Position numbers and translations under genes: made by a program. 64,000 nt of DNA from Polyangiaceae bacterium (GTDB lineage Bacteria; Myxococcota_A; Polyangia; Polyangiales; Polyangiaceae), in NCBI GenBank assembly GCA_044376115.1, contig JBILLK010000010.1, positions 64,001 through 128,000 on the forward strand, given 5' to 3'. The notes below the pieces were generated by a model that saw only the letters and a list, made by a program, of their open reading frames with translations, was not told the DNA's origin and searched no databases. This document shows, piece by piece, positions 40,144 to 49,859 of the stretch; the first letter of the stretch is position 1; the number at the start of each line of letters is the position of its first letter.

Positions 40144-40754
40144 TTTCGTCGACCTGCCTTTGAGCCGCCCGTCTCGCCGGCCTTCTTCGCTCGGAATGCC
40201 GTTGCGAGGCACTTCACATCAAGCATCACTTCGCGTGTCACCGGGTCGGTCGTTTGGGTGATCTGGATGTCCTCGATGTTGATCACACGATCGAGTTGCC
40301 CCACCCCGAAGAGGAACCGCGCGACCTGGTGGAACCGCCCAACAAAGGACAGGGACATGGGCACACGGATGTAATACTCGTCCATCACTTCGTCTTGCGG
40401 CTGATAGGACGACAGCGACACCCCGCTGGTTGTCGCGACGCCCTGGACAGCGGCAAGGAAGGACGGCGTCTCAGCTTCGTCGGGGAGCACCTTTCGTTGC
40501 TCACGCTCCAGCTGTTGCCGGCGCGTCTTGTCCTCGAGATCTCGCTGATAGGCAATCTTGGCCTCTTCAGCCTTCTGAAGATCGCCGCGGAGCGTCTGCT
40601 CTGCAGCGATGGCTTGCGATATCTGTCCGTCGATATCGGCGAAGAAGACGATGAGGTAGACCGCCGCCACGATACCTGCCAGCAGGAAGCCCACGACGAT
40701 CTTGGCGGAGATGGACAGTCGCCCTAGCGGGCTTCCCGGTGCTCGCGGCGCCAT
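40140..40754 (-). CDS. pilO: Type IV pilus assembly protein PilO
   Basis: TM, coiled coil, LPDEAE and GRFHQVARF..V..LDRVINI. Confidence 0.92.
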   Translation of the reverse strand: MAPRAPGSPLGRLSISAKIVVGFLLAGIVAAVYLIVFFADIDGQISQAIAAEQTLRGDLQKAEEAKIAYQRDLEDKTRRQQLEREQRKVLPDEAETPSFLAAVQGVATTSGVSLSSYQPQDEVMDEYYIRVPMSLSFVGRFHQVARFLFGVGQLDRVINIEDIQITQTTDPVTREVMLDVKCLATAFRAKKAGETGGSKAGRRK

Positions 40755-40755
40755 G

Positions 40756-41424
40756 TCAGTACCTCACCTTCAGTTGCATGCCAAAAGCGACGACCGAAAC
40801 GTTCTCTGCGGACTTGGGGCCAGCGGCGTCCTTGCGCCCTGGCAACAGCTTGACGTCGTAGAAGTACGACGAGGCCTTCAATCGATAAGCCAGCTCAGAG
40901 ACATCGGTTGAATCCCGGGCAAAGCCTGTGACCTCAACCACACGGCCCTTCTCTTTGAAGCTGCCGAGCCACACGCGATGCGGATCCCAACTAGGGTTGA
41001 TCGCCTGCAACGGGTTGTTCTTGGTTTGCTGCTGGAAGCGATCCGGGTCCACCGTGGGTCCCTTGCCTGGCGTCAGCATGCGCGAGAGTTCGAGCATCGC
41101 GGCCGTCGGCCCCGTCCTCGCCCCTTCGAGCTTTTGAATGGCCTGTTCACGGTCTTTCAGTAGCAGCAGGTCCTTCTTGACCTGCTCGTGTTGAACGACG
41201 AGCTGACGAATCGTCGCGATCTGCCCATCGAGCTCCGCGTTCTTCGCCATTTGCGTCTGCAAGTCCTTGGTCTTCGTTTGGTGGAAGAACAGGAAACCGA
41301 TGATCTCCAGCAGAACGACGCCGAGCACGACCAAGAGCCAGCGTTGTCCGCCGGAGCTCTCGGCGGCACCGCCGGCTGAACGCTCAGCACGTTTTTTCTG
41401 GGGTAATAAATTGACTCGAATCAC
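40756..41424 (-). CDS. pilN: Type IV pilus assembly protein PilN
   Basis: MIRVNLLP N-terminal motif, TM, coiled coil and RVWL. Confidence 0.93.
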   Translation of the reverse strand: MIRVNLLPQKKRAERSAGGAAESSGGQRWLLVVLGVVLLEIIGFLFFHQTKTKDLQTQMAKNAELDGQIATIRQLVVQHEQVKKDLLLLKDREQAIQKLEGARTGPTAAMLELSRMLTPGKGPTVDPDRFQQQTKNNPLQAINPSWDPHRVWLGSFKEKGRVVEVTGFARDSTDVSELAYRLKASSYFYDVKLLPGRKDAAGPKSAENVSVVAFGMQLKVRY

Positions 41425-42476
41425 AGGCGACGCTCCCGGTCCTTACGCATCGAAAGACCCAATGCGACACACAGCTGAGCTGCGCGCGCTTGAAGCAATT
41501 GAGGATTTACATCTTTGCCCTCAATCGGAATCCGTTCCAGCGGCGGGATGAGTTCAACGCCAACGCGAGCACGCCGGCCGATCGCGTTCATCAGCTGCGG
41601 CAAGTTCGACGAGCCACCCGTAAGGAAAATGCGGTGCATTTCGGGCTCGCCGCTGGTGGCGTGGAAGAAGTCTAGGCTGCGTTGAATTTCACCGGCGATG
41701 CTGTCGCAAACCGTCTCGATGATTGAACCGATTTGCGGGTTGGGACTGGTGCCGGCAGAGACCATCACTTTGAACTCTTCAGCCTGCTCGAAGGGGACGC
41801 CGAGCTGCTTCTGAATCTGCTCGCTGATGTAGTTGCCACCATTGGCGATGTCGCGAGTGAAGGCGCTGGCTTCTTTGGAGATGATGTTGATGCTGGCGAG
41901 GCTGGCGCCCACATTGATGATGGCAAACGTCTGATCGGGCGGCAGACCGCGGTTGAACTCGAAGATGTTTTGCACCGTGAACGCGTCAATGTCGACGACG
42001 ACAGGACGCAACTTCGCCTGGCGCGCAATGTCCGTATAGTCAGCGACCTCTTCACGTTTGGCGGCAACGAGCAGCAGGTCCATTTGACCAGCCTCCGGCC
42101 TTCGTCGCAGCACCTCGTAGTCGACGTGAACGTCCTTGATGTCGAACGGGATATGCTGCTCGGCCTCCCACTGAATCTGCTCGTCAAGCTCTGCAGGAGT
42201 CATCATCGGCACGGTGATCTTGCGGATGATCACCGCCTGGCCGCTGATGCTCAAAGCGACGTCGCGGTCCTTGATCTTGGCCTCGGCGAAGACGCGATTG
42301 AGCGCCTCCACCACGGCAGACGCGTTGAGGATGTGCCCGTCGACGATGGTTTGGCGAGGAAGCGGGGTGTACCCCAGCTTGACCAACCGCGGTCCTTTGC
42401 GGGTGTCCTTGAGCTGACAGACTTTGATCGAGCTCGTCCCGATATCGACGCCGACCAGATTCTTCCCTTCGGACAT
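41421..42476 (-). CDS. pilM: Type IV pilus assembly protein PilM
   Basis: VGVDIGTSSIK, WEAEQHIPF, LLVAAKR, EIQRSLDFF and LTGGSS; start at MSEGKN. Confidence 0.95.
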   Translation of the reverse strand: MSEGKNLVGVDIGTSSIKVCQLKDTRKGPRLVKLGYTPLPRQTIVDGHILNASAVVEALNRVFAEAKIKDRDVALSISGQAVIIRKITVPMMTPAELDEQIQWEAEQHIPFDIKDVHVDYEVLRRRPEAGQMDLLLVAAKREEVADYTDIARQAKLRPVVVDIDAFTVQNIFEFNRGLPPDQTFAIINVGASLASINIISKEASAFTRDIANGGNYISEQIQKQLGVPFEQAEEFKVMVSAGTSPNPQIGSIIETVCDSIAGEIQRSLDFFHATSGEPEMHRIFLTGGSSNLPQLMNAIGRRARVGVELIPPLERIPIEGKDVNPQLLQARAAQLCVALGLSMRKDRERRL

Positions 42477-42949
42477 GTTTCTTCCTCGATTTGCGTGACA
42501 CCGATGACCCGCATTGGTCGTGAGAGAGGCGTCGCGAGAATCATCGTATGCGCGCCCCCCACCACGCGGCCAAGAATCCGCGAAACGAAGTTGAACTCTA
42601 GCGGCGGAAAGCGGCTTCGCCAGCGCAGGCACGAGCGCGCCTGAGCGCCTCGTGAGGTCGAACTCAAGCGCCCAAGCTCGTTGGCGTTCGTGTCCTGCAA
42701 CAGTCCTGGAACGAGCGACCTCGCCCGCTCGCCGCGCCAGCTCCGAGGAGCGGTGGCGCGCGCTCCTCTGTTCATCATCGGCCCAACCACTTGGCTCTCG
42801 TGAGCAGGGCTGCACGTCCATTGCTGAGGTTCGCTCGTTCAGTACCTCGGGGTTCTCTGAAGCAGCTGTGGGCGAGCAGCTCGGAGAAGGCGCTGGTTCA
42901 CTCGCGACAACCGCGCAAGAGTCACGATTGACTCCTTATTGAAGCGCCA

Positions 42950-42990
42950 ATTATATGTTATTTTTAAGGTAATCGTAACGCGTATCAAGC
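42950..42990 (-). promoter_or_regulatory. Candidate sigma70-type promoter in an AT-rich patch upstream of pilM
   Basis: Perfect TATAAT on the minus strand (42950-42955) inside a locally AT-rich stretch; the -35 match is weak. Confidence 0.4.
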
Positions 42991-43202
42991 CATCGTCATC
43001 GCACCTAAGCATACATGGTCGGGACCAACCTGCTCGTTCGTTTGTCGGTGCGGACGTTTACTGCACAGTTGTTGGTGCAACTAGCGAGCACGGTACTCAG
43101 GCTGGCAAGGTGAACAAACGACGACGCCTGGTCAACGTCGAACCCACTCGTGGGGACGCGACCAGGCGGCGGAAGCCCTTGGGGGGCCGGTGCAAGCGCC
43201 GA

Positions 43203-45215
43203 TTAAGGCGCGGTGACGTTGCCCGAAAAGGGTCGCTCGAAGGCGACCAAAGCGGTCTCCTCGGAGCTTGGGACCGAACCCGCCAAAGGCTCGAAGTGGA
43301 CGGGCGGCTCGGACCCCCTATCAACACGGACCGCGCGTACACAGCCAAGCTGTGCGAGCACGGTGGCGTTCGCCTCGTGACTATCGAACTCCGAGATCGC
43401 GATCAGTAGACGGCCGTCGGCGAACGCGCACAGATCTGCGCGCGATTGAAGCGGCCCCCGTTGGCGAGAGGCGTCGGTCGGTGCGCCATCGTCGACGCTG
43501 AGCGGGAGCTCGGTCGCGTCGTAGGCGCACGGTCCCTTCGGCTCGCAGATCGGCTGATCTCGACCTGCTTGCACGCGAGCGAAACCAGCGCCTACCTCGA
43601 GCACACCCTCCACCGACGAAAATGCGTGACCGAGGTTGCCGAAGCTCCGCAGCCCCCGCGGCCGTTTTCGCTTACCAACCCCGAGCGGGAGCCGAAACAA
43701 AGCTGGGGCCTGCATGGTCGCCGGAACGCCAAGCTCGAACTTGCCGCCCAAACGATGCAACTTCTCGCTGCTGCCAACCACGAGCCGCAGCTCGTAACGC
43801 TTCAGATCGACAGCGACGAGCTGCACCCCGGTGCCGAAGGCCTCGCTCGCGGCTTGGTGCAAGGCGGGGAGAAAGGTCGGGGTAGGAGCGCCTTCGAGCT
43901 GCGCCTTCCAGCTCGCTTTTTCGAGCTTGATGGGGGGCTCGCTGGGGACGGGGAACAGGAAGAGGACGGGCTCAGCGCTCCCGCTGAGCGCAAGCGCGGC
44001 GGGATCGGTCGCTCGTTCGAGGCTGCCAGGCAGGGTGATTGCACCGCTGCACGAGGTTGGCAGCAGGCCCTCGGCGCTTTCGGCGGAGCTGCCCGACCCA
44101 ACTGCGAGATGGCCATCGACCGTAGCGCAATAGGAGACCACGGTCTCGCTCGCCGGTTGGCTGCTGATGAACGGCATGACGGCATCAACGGGCACGTTTT
44201 CGATGGCGGCCTCTCCAGTCGCGAGCAACAACTTACCTCCGGCGCTCGCCAGCACCGGCGCGCCCGAAGGAATCGGCGTGAGGGCGTTGTTTTCGCTGCG
44301 TCCGCCGCCTGCGAGACCACGCAACACATACGCCGCCACCGGCACTGGCGCGCTCGAGGGTAGACGGCCCGCAGGCCGAAAGCCCGTCGACGTGCTGGTC
44401 TGCCAACCTTGAGCCAACACAAAGCGCAACTGCCGACCATCGAACAAAGTCAGCCCGGACTCACCTTCTCTTCGTGACCCTACCGCAGGATGTCCGCGCA
44501 CCCACTCAACCTCGGCGCTGAGACCGTCAAAGTTCGTAGCCTCCGAGCTGGGCTTCCGCGCCGAAACGACAGCCGCGACGGGCTCGCTGCTAGCCGTTGC
44601 AGCAAGCGTGCGCAGCGGCCCCTCCGAGCCAACCTCGAGCTCCACGCCGGTGTTCGCAAAGAGCGCCACGAGCTTGCCTTCGGCGAGCTCCATACGCGCG
44701 CCCGGAGCCGGCGCTGTCATGGGTAAAATCTGGACGGTTGCGCGCTCTGCCGCCGAGCCGAACACGATCGTTTGCAACACGCCATCGCGCTCGACGCGAA
44801 ACGCAAAGTGTTGGCCATCAGCCACCAGCCCCGTCTCGTCTGCGAGCGTGGTCGGCAGGATGGGCGCGACCTCGCGCGCCCCAAGCGGATGGCCCCAGGT
44901 GGTGAGGCGTACCTTCGCGCGGAACGCCTCGACGGTGGACGCTTTTGAGCTGCGCGCGAGAAAAACGATCTCGCGACCTGCGAGTAAATCCGCCGTCCGG
45001 CCTTGTGACGGCAGCCAAACGAGATCTTCGATCTCGGCCTCGACGCCGAGCTCTTTGCAGAGCGCCGACTTCACGTCCTCCACGGTTGGATCAGGGATGC
45101 GCCCGGCTAACGCAACCACCGCGGCGCCCGCGAGCAGCACCGCAGGCGCACGCGACACAAGGTAACCAATCCGCCCGCGTGACGACGCCTCCACAGGCGA
45201 CCCAGAGGACGACAC
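43203..45215 (-). CDS. Large hypothetical membrane-anchored protein
   Basis: ORF of about 670 aa with an N-terminal hydrophobic segment; start GTG 45215 chosen to avoid overlap with the upstream gene. Confidence 0.6.
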   Translation of the reverse strand: MSSSGSPVEASSRGRIGYLVSRAPAVLLAGAAVVALAGRIPDPTVEDVKSALCKELGVEAEIEDLVWLPSQGRTADLLAGREIVFLARSSKASTVEAFRAKVRLTTWGHPLGAREVAPILPTTLADETGLVADGQHFAFRVERDGVLQTIVFGSAAERATVQILPMTAPAPGARMELAEGKLVALFANTGVELEVGSEGPLRTLAATASSEPVAAVVSARKPSSEATNFDGLSAEVEWVRGHPAVGSRREGESGLTLFDGRQLRFVLAQGWQTSTSTGFRPAGRLPSSAPVPVAAYVLRGLAGGGRSENNALTPIPSGAPVLASAGGKLLLATGEAAIENVPVDAVMPFISSQPASETVVSYCATVDGHLAVGSGSSAESAEGLLPTSCSGAITLPGSLERATDPAALALSGSAEPVLFLFPVPSEPPIKLEKASWKAQLEGAPTPTFLPALHQAASEAFGTGVQLVAVDLKRYELRLVVGSSEKLHRLGGKFELGVPATMQAPALFRLPLGVGKRKRPRGLRSFGNLGHAFSSVEGVLEVGAGFARVQAGRDQPICEPKGPCAYDATELPLSVDDGAPTDASRQRGPLQSRADLCAFADGRLLIAISEFDSHEANATVLAQLGCVRAVRVDRGSEPPVHFEPLAGSVPSSEETALVAFERPFSGNVTAP

Positions 45216-45222
45216 GCTCGCT

Positions 45223-46545
45223 TCAGCGCAAACCGAGCAGCGAGCGCGCTCGATCCGGCCCCACCACCTCGCGACCGACCTCACGCGCGAACGCAGCCGC
45301 GCGCGCTACGAGCGGCGCGCTGCCTTCCGCGAGCACGCCCTTCTCGAGGTAGATGTTGTCCTCGAGACCGAGCCGCGCGTGACCGCCCAGCTTGATGGCC
45401 AACTCGGTCATGGGCCGTTGGAAGCGGCCAACGGCGGCAACGCCCCACGTTGCGCCGCTTGGAACTTGCGACACAAGGAAGCGGAGGACGTCTTCACGCG
45501 CGCCGGCTCCGCCGCGAATGCCGAGCACGAATTGGAAGTGAAGCGGGCCTTGCAGCACGCCCTCTTTCACCAGCAGCAGCGCCTCATCGAGGTGGCCGAT
45601 CTCATAACATTCGAGCTCAGCCACGCTGCCCGACTCACGAATCTTGAGCGCGAGCTCGCGGATTTGCGGACGCGTATTGACGAACACGTCATCGCCGAAA
45701 TTGAGCGTGCCGCAGTTGAGTGTGGCCATCTCCGGCTTGCAGGCGAGCGGCCCGCTGCGCTCCTCGATCGACATGCCGACCGCGCCGCCTGTGGAGGTCT
45801 GGATGATCACGTCGGTCTTCGCGCGAATCGCGTCGATCGCGGCTTGGAACAGCTCACTGCTCTGCGACGGCGAGCCGTCGGCGGTGCGCACGTGCAGGTG
45901 AATGACCGATGCGCCAGCGTCGCGGCAGCGAGCCGCTTCGTCTGCGATTTCTTGGGCGGTGATCGGTAGGTGCGGCGTGTCTTTGCGCGTCACCTCGGCA
46001 CCAACGATGGCGGCCGTGAGGATCAAATCCGAGGGCGGCGGAGTGACCACCACGCGCGGCGGCGGAGTAATCAGCGGACGGGGCTCGGGCAGCTCGGCGT
46101 GCGATGGCGCCTGCGCTGAAAGCGCCGGGAGCACGAGGTCCACCTTACGTTGCAGCTCTTTCGGTACCACGCAGGTGCCGACCGCGCGACATACGACCGT
46201 AGGCTCGGCAAGCGCGTCGGCGGCCGAGACCGCCAGCTGGGGATTTCGGCAATTTCTGACGACCTTGCGCGCCTCGAAGGCAATCGTTCGGCTTGTGTTA
46301 CCGACGCGAGTGATGACGCCGGTGGCCTCGATGTAGTCCCCGGCGTAAACCGGGGCTAGAAACTCAACCAGCTCGTAGGCACGAAAGAGCCCCTCATCCC
46401 CGTCGAGCCGAATCAAAAGTTCCGTAGCGACATCCCCGAACAGCGCAAGCATTCTCGCGCCATCCACGAGCTCACCAGCGTAGTGAGCATCGTGAGAACC
46501 CATCCGAAGCCGCAAGGTTACCGTGAGCCCAATCCCAGCCACCAT
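45223..46545 (-). CDS. Fusion of 3-aminobutyryl-CoA ammonia lyase (Kal, hotdog fold) and 3-keto-5-aminohexanoate cleavage enzyme (Kce/BKACE)
   Basis: [37 protein letters not shown] (Kal); Pro-rich linker; [20 protein letters not shown] and RLGLEDN (Kce). Confidence 0.88.
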   Translation of the reverse strand: MVAGIGLTVTLRLRMGSHDAHYAGELVDGARMLALFGDVATELLIRLDGDEGLFRAYELVEFLAPVYAGDYIEATGVITRVGNTSRTIAFEARKVVRNCRNPQLAVSAADALAEPTVVCRAVGTCVVPKELQRKVDLVLPALSAQAPSHAELPEPRPLITPPPRVVVTPPPSDLILTAAIVGAEVTRKDTPHLPITAQEIADEAARCRDAGASVIHLHVRTADGSPSQSSELFQAAIDAIRAKTDVIIQTSTGGAVGMSIEERSGPLACKPEMATLNCGTLNFGDDVFVNTRPQIRELALKIRESGSVAELECYEIGHLDEALLLVKEGVLQGPLHFQFVLGIRGGAGAREDVLRFLVSQVPSGATWGVAAVGRFQRPMTELAIKLGGHARLGLEDNIYLEKGVLAEGSAPLVARAAAFAREVGREVVGPDRARSLLGLR

Positions 46546-46648
46546 GATGCAAGGAGTTGACACGGCGGCGCGAGGAAGGGAAGTGGACTCGATGGCATCC
46601 CAAGTCGACACTTCATCTTCCCCAACGGTGGGGAGCGAAGCCTCGTCG

Positions 46649-47389
46649 ATGTCCTTCATCGAAGCTCGCAATCTGCCTCAGCACATTGGGATCATCATGG
46701 ATGGCAACGGCCGCTGGGCCACCCAGCGCGGCGAGCCACGCGAGGCCGGACACAAAGCTGGCTCCGCGGCGGTGCGGCGCGTCGTGCGTATCGCGCGGCG
46801 GCTCGGCATCTCCGCGCTGACGCTGTACGCCTTCAGCGAGCAGAATTGGGCACGCCCGAAGGGCGAAGTCGAAGCCTTGATGGGCCTGCTCGAGGAGTTC
46901 TTGCGCAGCGAACGCGAAGAGATCCTCGAGAACGGAATCCGGCTCGTGGCGATCGGTGATTTGGGGCGCCTCCCCGACCACGTGCGCCAGGCCCTCGATC
47001 CGCTCGCGCGCGAGTCGCACGAAAACGAGAAGATGACGCTGGCATTGGCGCTCTCGTACGGCGCTCGCGAGGAGATCGCAGAGGTGGCGCGCGCTCTCGC
47101 CAACGAAGCACTGCGTGGAGCCATCAACCCGGACGCGATCGACGGCGCCTTGATCGGCGCGCGCATCCCGAGTCTGAGCGTGGGGGAGCCCGATCTCATC
47201 CTGCGCACCGGGGGCGAACAACGCCTGTCCAACTTCCTGTTGTACGGTGCTGCCCATGCCGAGCTTTTCTTCTGCGAAAAGCTGTGGCCCGACTTTCACG
47301 AGCCGGATCTGTTCGACGCAATTCGCAGCTATCAAACCCGTACCAAAGTCTTCGGTACCCCGAGCGCAGAAAGACGCCGTGGCACCTAG
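46649..47389 (+). CDS. uppS: Isoprenyl transferase (undecaprenyl diphosphate synthase)
   Basis: [31 protein letters not shown] and [13 protein letters not shown]. Confidence 0.93.
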   Translation: MSFIEARNLPQHIGIIMDGNGRWATQRGEPREAGHKAGSAAVRRVVRIARRLGISALTLYAFSEQNWARPKGEVEALMGLLEEFLRSEREEILENGIRLVAIGDLGRLPDHVRQALDPLARESHENEKMTLALALSYGAREEIAEVARALANEALRGAINPDAIDGALIGARIPSLSVGEPDLILRTGGEQRLSNFLLYGAAHAELFFCEKLWPDFHEPDLFDAIRSYQTRTKVFGTPSAERRRGT

Positions 47390-47420
47390 TCCGGAACCGA
47401 CCAAGGAGTCTTCTCGCGCA

Positions 47421-48254
47421 ATGGAAGAGAAAAAGCCTGCCTCGAACCTTCAGATGCGGCTTCTCTCGGCCGTCGTGGCAATTCCAGCCATTTTGGCCCT
47501 GCTTTACAAGGGCCCAGCGTTGGCTTGGTTGGCGTTCATCGCCGTCGCCGCCGCCATCGGCGCCTTCGAGCTGTTCGGGATGACGCACCCTGAAGATCGC
47601 GTCTCCCAAGTCGCAGGCACGGCACTGTCGGTGGGGCTCTTGGTAGGGCTCTGGTTCATCGGCCGGCAGCCGACCTTTCTGCTGGCGGTCATGCTGCTGT
47701 TGCCCATCCTCGCGATGCTGATGACGCTGTGGCGTTTGGGCTCGATCAACAGCGCTGCGTTGCGCGTCATGGCGATGGCCTTTGGCCCGCTTTATCTCGG
47801 CGGCGGCATGGCGTGCCTCGCGATGCTGAAGAAAGACGCTGGTGATGATGGCCCTGGCTTCGTCTTGCTCTCACTGATGTTGGCGTGGATGAGCGATACC
47901 GGCGGGTACTTTGCTGGGCGCTTTCTGGGCAAGCACAAGCTGTACGAAGCGGTCAGCCCCAAGAAGACGATCGAGGGCGCGATTGGTGGGCTCTTCGGGG
48001 CCGTGGCCGGCGCGGTGGCAGGCTCCTTCATCTATCTGCAGTCGCTGCCGGTCCTGCATGCCGTTGCGCTTGGCGTCGTAGGTGGAGCGCTGGGGCAGCT
48101 GGGGGACTTGGGGGAATCGCTGCTCAAACGCTCGGTGGGGGTAAAGGACTCTGGCGGCCTCGTTCCGGGCCACGGCGGGATCCTCGATCGCGTGGATGCA
48201 CTGCTGGTGACGGCAACGCTGAGCTATCTGTACGTGATGTTCGTGCGGGGCTGA
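47421..48254 (+). CDS. cdsA: Phosphatidate cytidylyltransferase; alternative start GTG 47379
   Basis: SDTGGYFAGR, SPKKTIEG and GDLGESLLKR..GVKDSG..PGHGGILDR.D. Confidence 0.95.
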   Translation: MEEKKPASNLQMRLLSAVVAIPAILALLYKGPALAWLAFIAVAAAIGAFELFGMTHPEDRVSQVAGTALSVGLLVGLWFIGRQPTFLLAVMLLLPILAMLMTLWRLGSINSAALRVMAMAFGPLYLGGGMACLAMLKKDAGDDGPGFVLLSLMLAWMSDTGGYFAGRFLGKHKLYEAVSPKKTIEGAIGGLFGAVAGAVAGSFIYLQSLPVLHAVALGVVGGALGQLGDLGESLLKRSVGVKDSGGLVPGHGGILDRVDALLVTATLSYLYVMFVRG

Positions 48255-48401
48255 TCGACTTGCGTCACAGCCTCGTCGCGCCGCCGCAACAATGACGCGG
48301 CGCGCGAATCTCCTCTCGGCTCAGTGCGTTAGAGAATTGCTAACTCTCGTTGTACAACCTTCGGTTGAATGCCTTCGGGATCGGCACTAGAACCGCGGGC
48401 C

Positions 48402-49721
48402 ATGAGCGAGCCGACTCCCGCTACTGCACCGAATGCAACCCACTCGATGAAAGCTCCTGCCCCGGCGAAGTACGACTTCTTCGGCGTGGTCCAGGGCTAC
48501 CTCGACGAGGCTGCAAAACTCATCAACCTGCCTGAGTACATCCGCGTCATCCTCAGCCAACCGAAGAACGAGTTCATCGTCCACTTCCCGGTCAAGATGG
48601 ACAACGGAGACATCCGGCTGTTCAAGGGTTACCGCATTCAACACAACAACGTGCTTGGCCCCTACAAGGGCGGTATTCGTTATCACCAAGACGTCTCGCT
48701 CGACGACGTGAAGGCGCTCGCGGCGATGATGACGTGGAAGTGCGCGCTGATGAACCTGCCGTACGGCGGCGGTAAAGGCGGCGTCAAGTTCGACCCGCGC
48801 AGCGTTTCGCGAGGAGAGCTCCAGCGCATCACGCGCCGCTTCTTCCACGGCCTCGGCGACAACATCGGGCCGGAGACGGACATCCCCGCTCCGGACGTCG
48901 GGACCAACGGGCAGACCATGGCGTGGGCCATGGATACGTACATGAACATGACCGGCCAGAAGGGTCGCCAAGCCGTGAAGGGCGTCGTCACCGGCAAGCC
49001 CGTCGCTTCGGGCGGCACCATCGGCCGCGAGAAGGCTACCGGCCAAGGTCTCGTGCACTGCATCACCTACTGGGCCAACGAGAACGACTTCAACCTCGAA
49101 GGCTCGACCATGACGGTGCAGGGCTTCGGCAACGTCGGCTCGCATACTTCCGTCATCCTCTCCAAGCTCGGTGTGTCCACCATCGCGGTCGGCGATCACT
49201 CCGGCTACCTCTACAACCCCGAAGGCTTCAACCCTCACAAGCTGCAGGAGCACGTCAAGAAGACGGGCGCCATCGCTGGCTACTCCGGCGGCAAAGCCAT
49301 TTCGCGCGAGGAGTTCTTCAAGATCAAGACGGACATCTTTGCTCCCTGTGCGCTCGAGAATCAGATCGGCGTGGACGAGGCGCGCAGCCTGAATTGCCGC
49401 ATCGTCGGTGAAGGCGCCAACGGCCCGTGCTCGCCCGAGGGCGAGAAGATCCTGCTCGAGAAGGGCATCACCATCCTACCCGACGTTCTGGCGAACGCCG
49501 GTGGCGTGACGGTCTCCTACTTCGAGTGGATCCAGAACAAGCGCAGCGAGAGCTGGTCGCTCGACGAGGTGGATGAGCGGCTCGAGAAGGCCATGCGTCG
49601 CGCCTGGAAAGAGACCACCGAGATGGCGCGCAGCAAGAAGAGCTCGCTGCGTATTGCCGCGTACGCCGTAGCTCTGCACCGCATCGCGCAGGTCTACGCC
49701 GAGCGCGAGATCTTCCCCTGA
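48402..49721 (+). CDS. gdhA: Glu/Leu/Phe/Val dehydrogenase, probably glutamate dehydrogenase
   Basis: GPYKGGIRY, GGGKGG, DIPAPDVGT, VTGKP, QGFGNVG and NAGGVTVSYFEW. Confidence 0.9.
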   Translation: MSEPTPATAPNATHSMKAPAPAKYDFFGVVQGYLDEAAKLINLPEYIRVILSQPKNEFIVHFPVKMDNGDIRLFKGYRIQHNNVLGPYKGGIRYHQDVSLDDVKALAAMMTWKCALMNLPYGGGKGGVKFDPRSVSRGELQRITRRFFHGLGDNIGPETDIPAPDVGTNGQTMAWAMDTYMNMTGQKGRQAVKGVVTGKPVASGGTIGREKATGQGLVHCITYWANENDFNLEGSTMTVQGFGNVGSHTSVILSKLGVSTIAVGDHSGYLYNPEGFNPHKLQEHVKKTGAIAGYSGGKAISREEFFKIKTDIFAPCALENQIGVDEARSLNCRIVGEGANGPCSPEGEKILLEKGITILPDVLANAGGVTVSYFEWIQNKRSESWSLDEVDERLEKAMRRAWKETTEMARSKKSSLRIAAYAVALHRIAQVYAEREIFP

Positions 49722-49753
49722 CCGCGGGGGCTCAGCCTCGCTGAGTCAATCGT

Positions 49754-49791
49754 GAGCGAGCGAAGTCCACGGGCTTCGCTCGTTTACTTTT
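49754..49791 (+). terminator. Intrinsic terminator after gdh
   Basis: cgagcgaagtcc..gggcttcgctcg stem followed by tttactttt. Confidence 0.7.
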
Positions 49792-49859
49792 GTGTCAGAG
49801 GCGGCGCCACTGCCTAGGCTCACGCGCCACTGCGGCATCCACCCTCGGTGGCACCGGCC

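Noticed and set aside
42477..42821. Long N-terminal extension of PilM; similar extensions on ORFs starting at 18869, 22932, 13572 and 46671
   Set aside because: Arg-rich, non-homologous sequence; family motifs begin at downstream starts.
43125..43160. GGGTTCGA (T-loop-like) on the minus strand, suggesting a tRNA
   Set aside because: No matching T-stem, acceptor stem or cloverleaf can be built.
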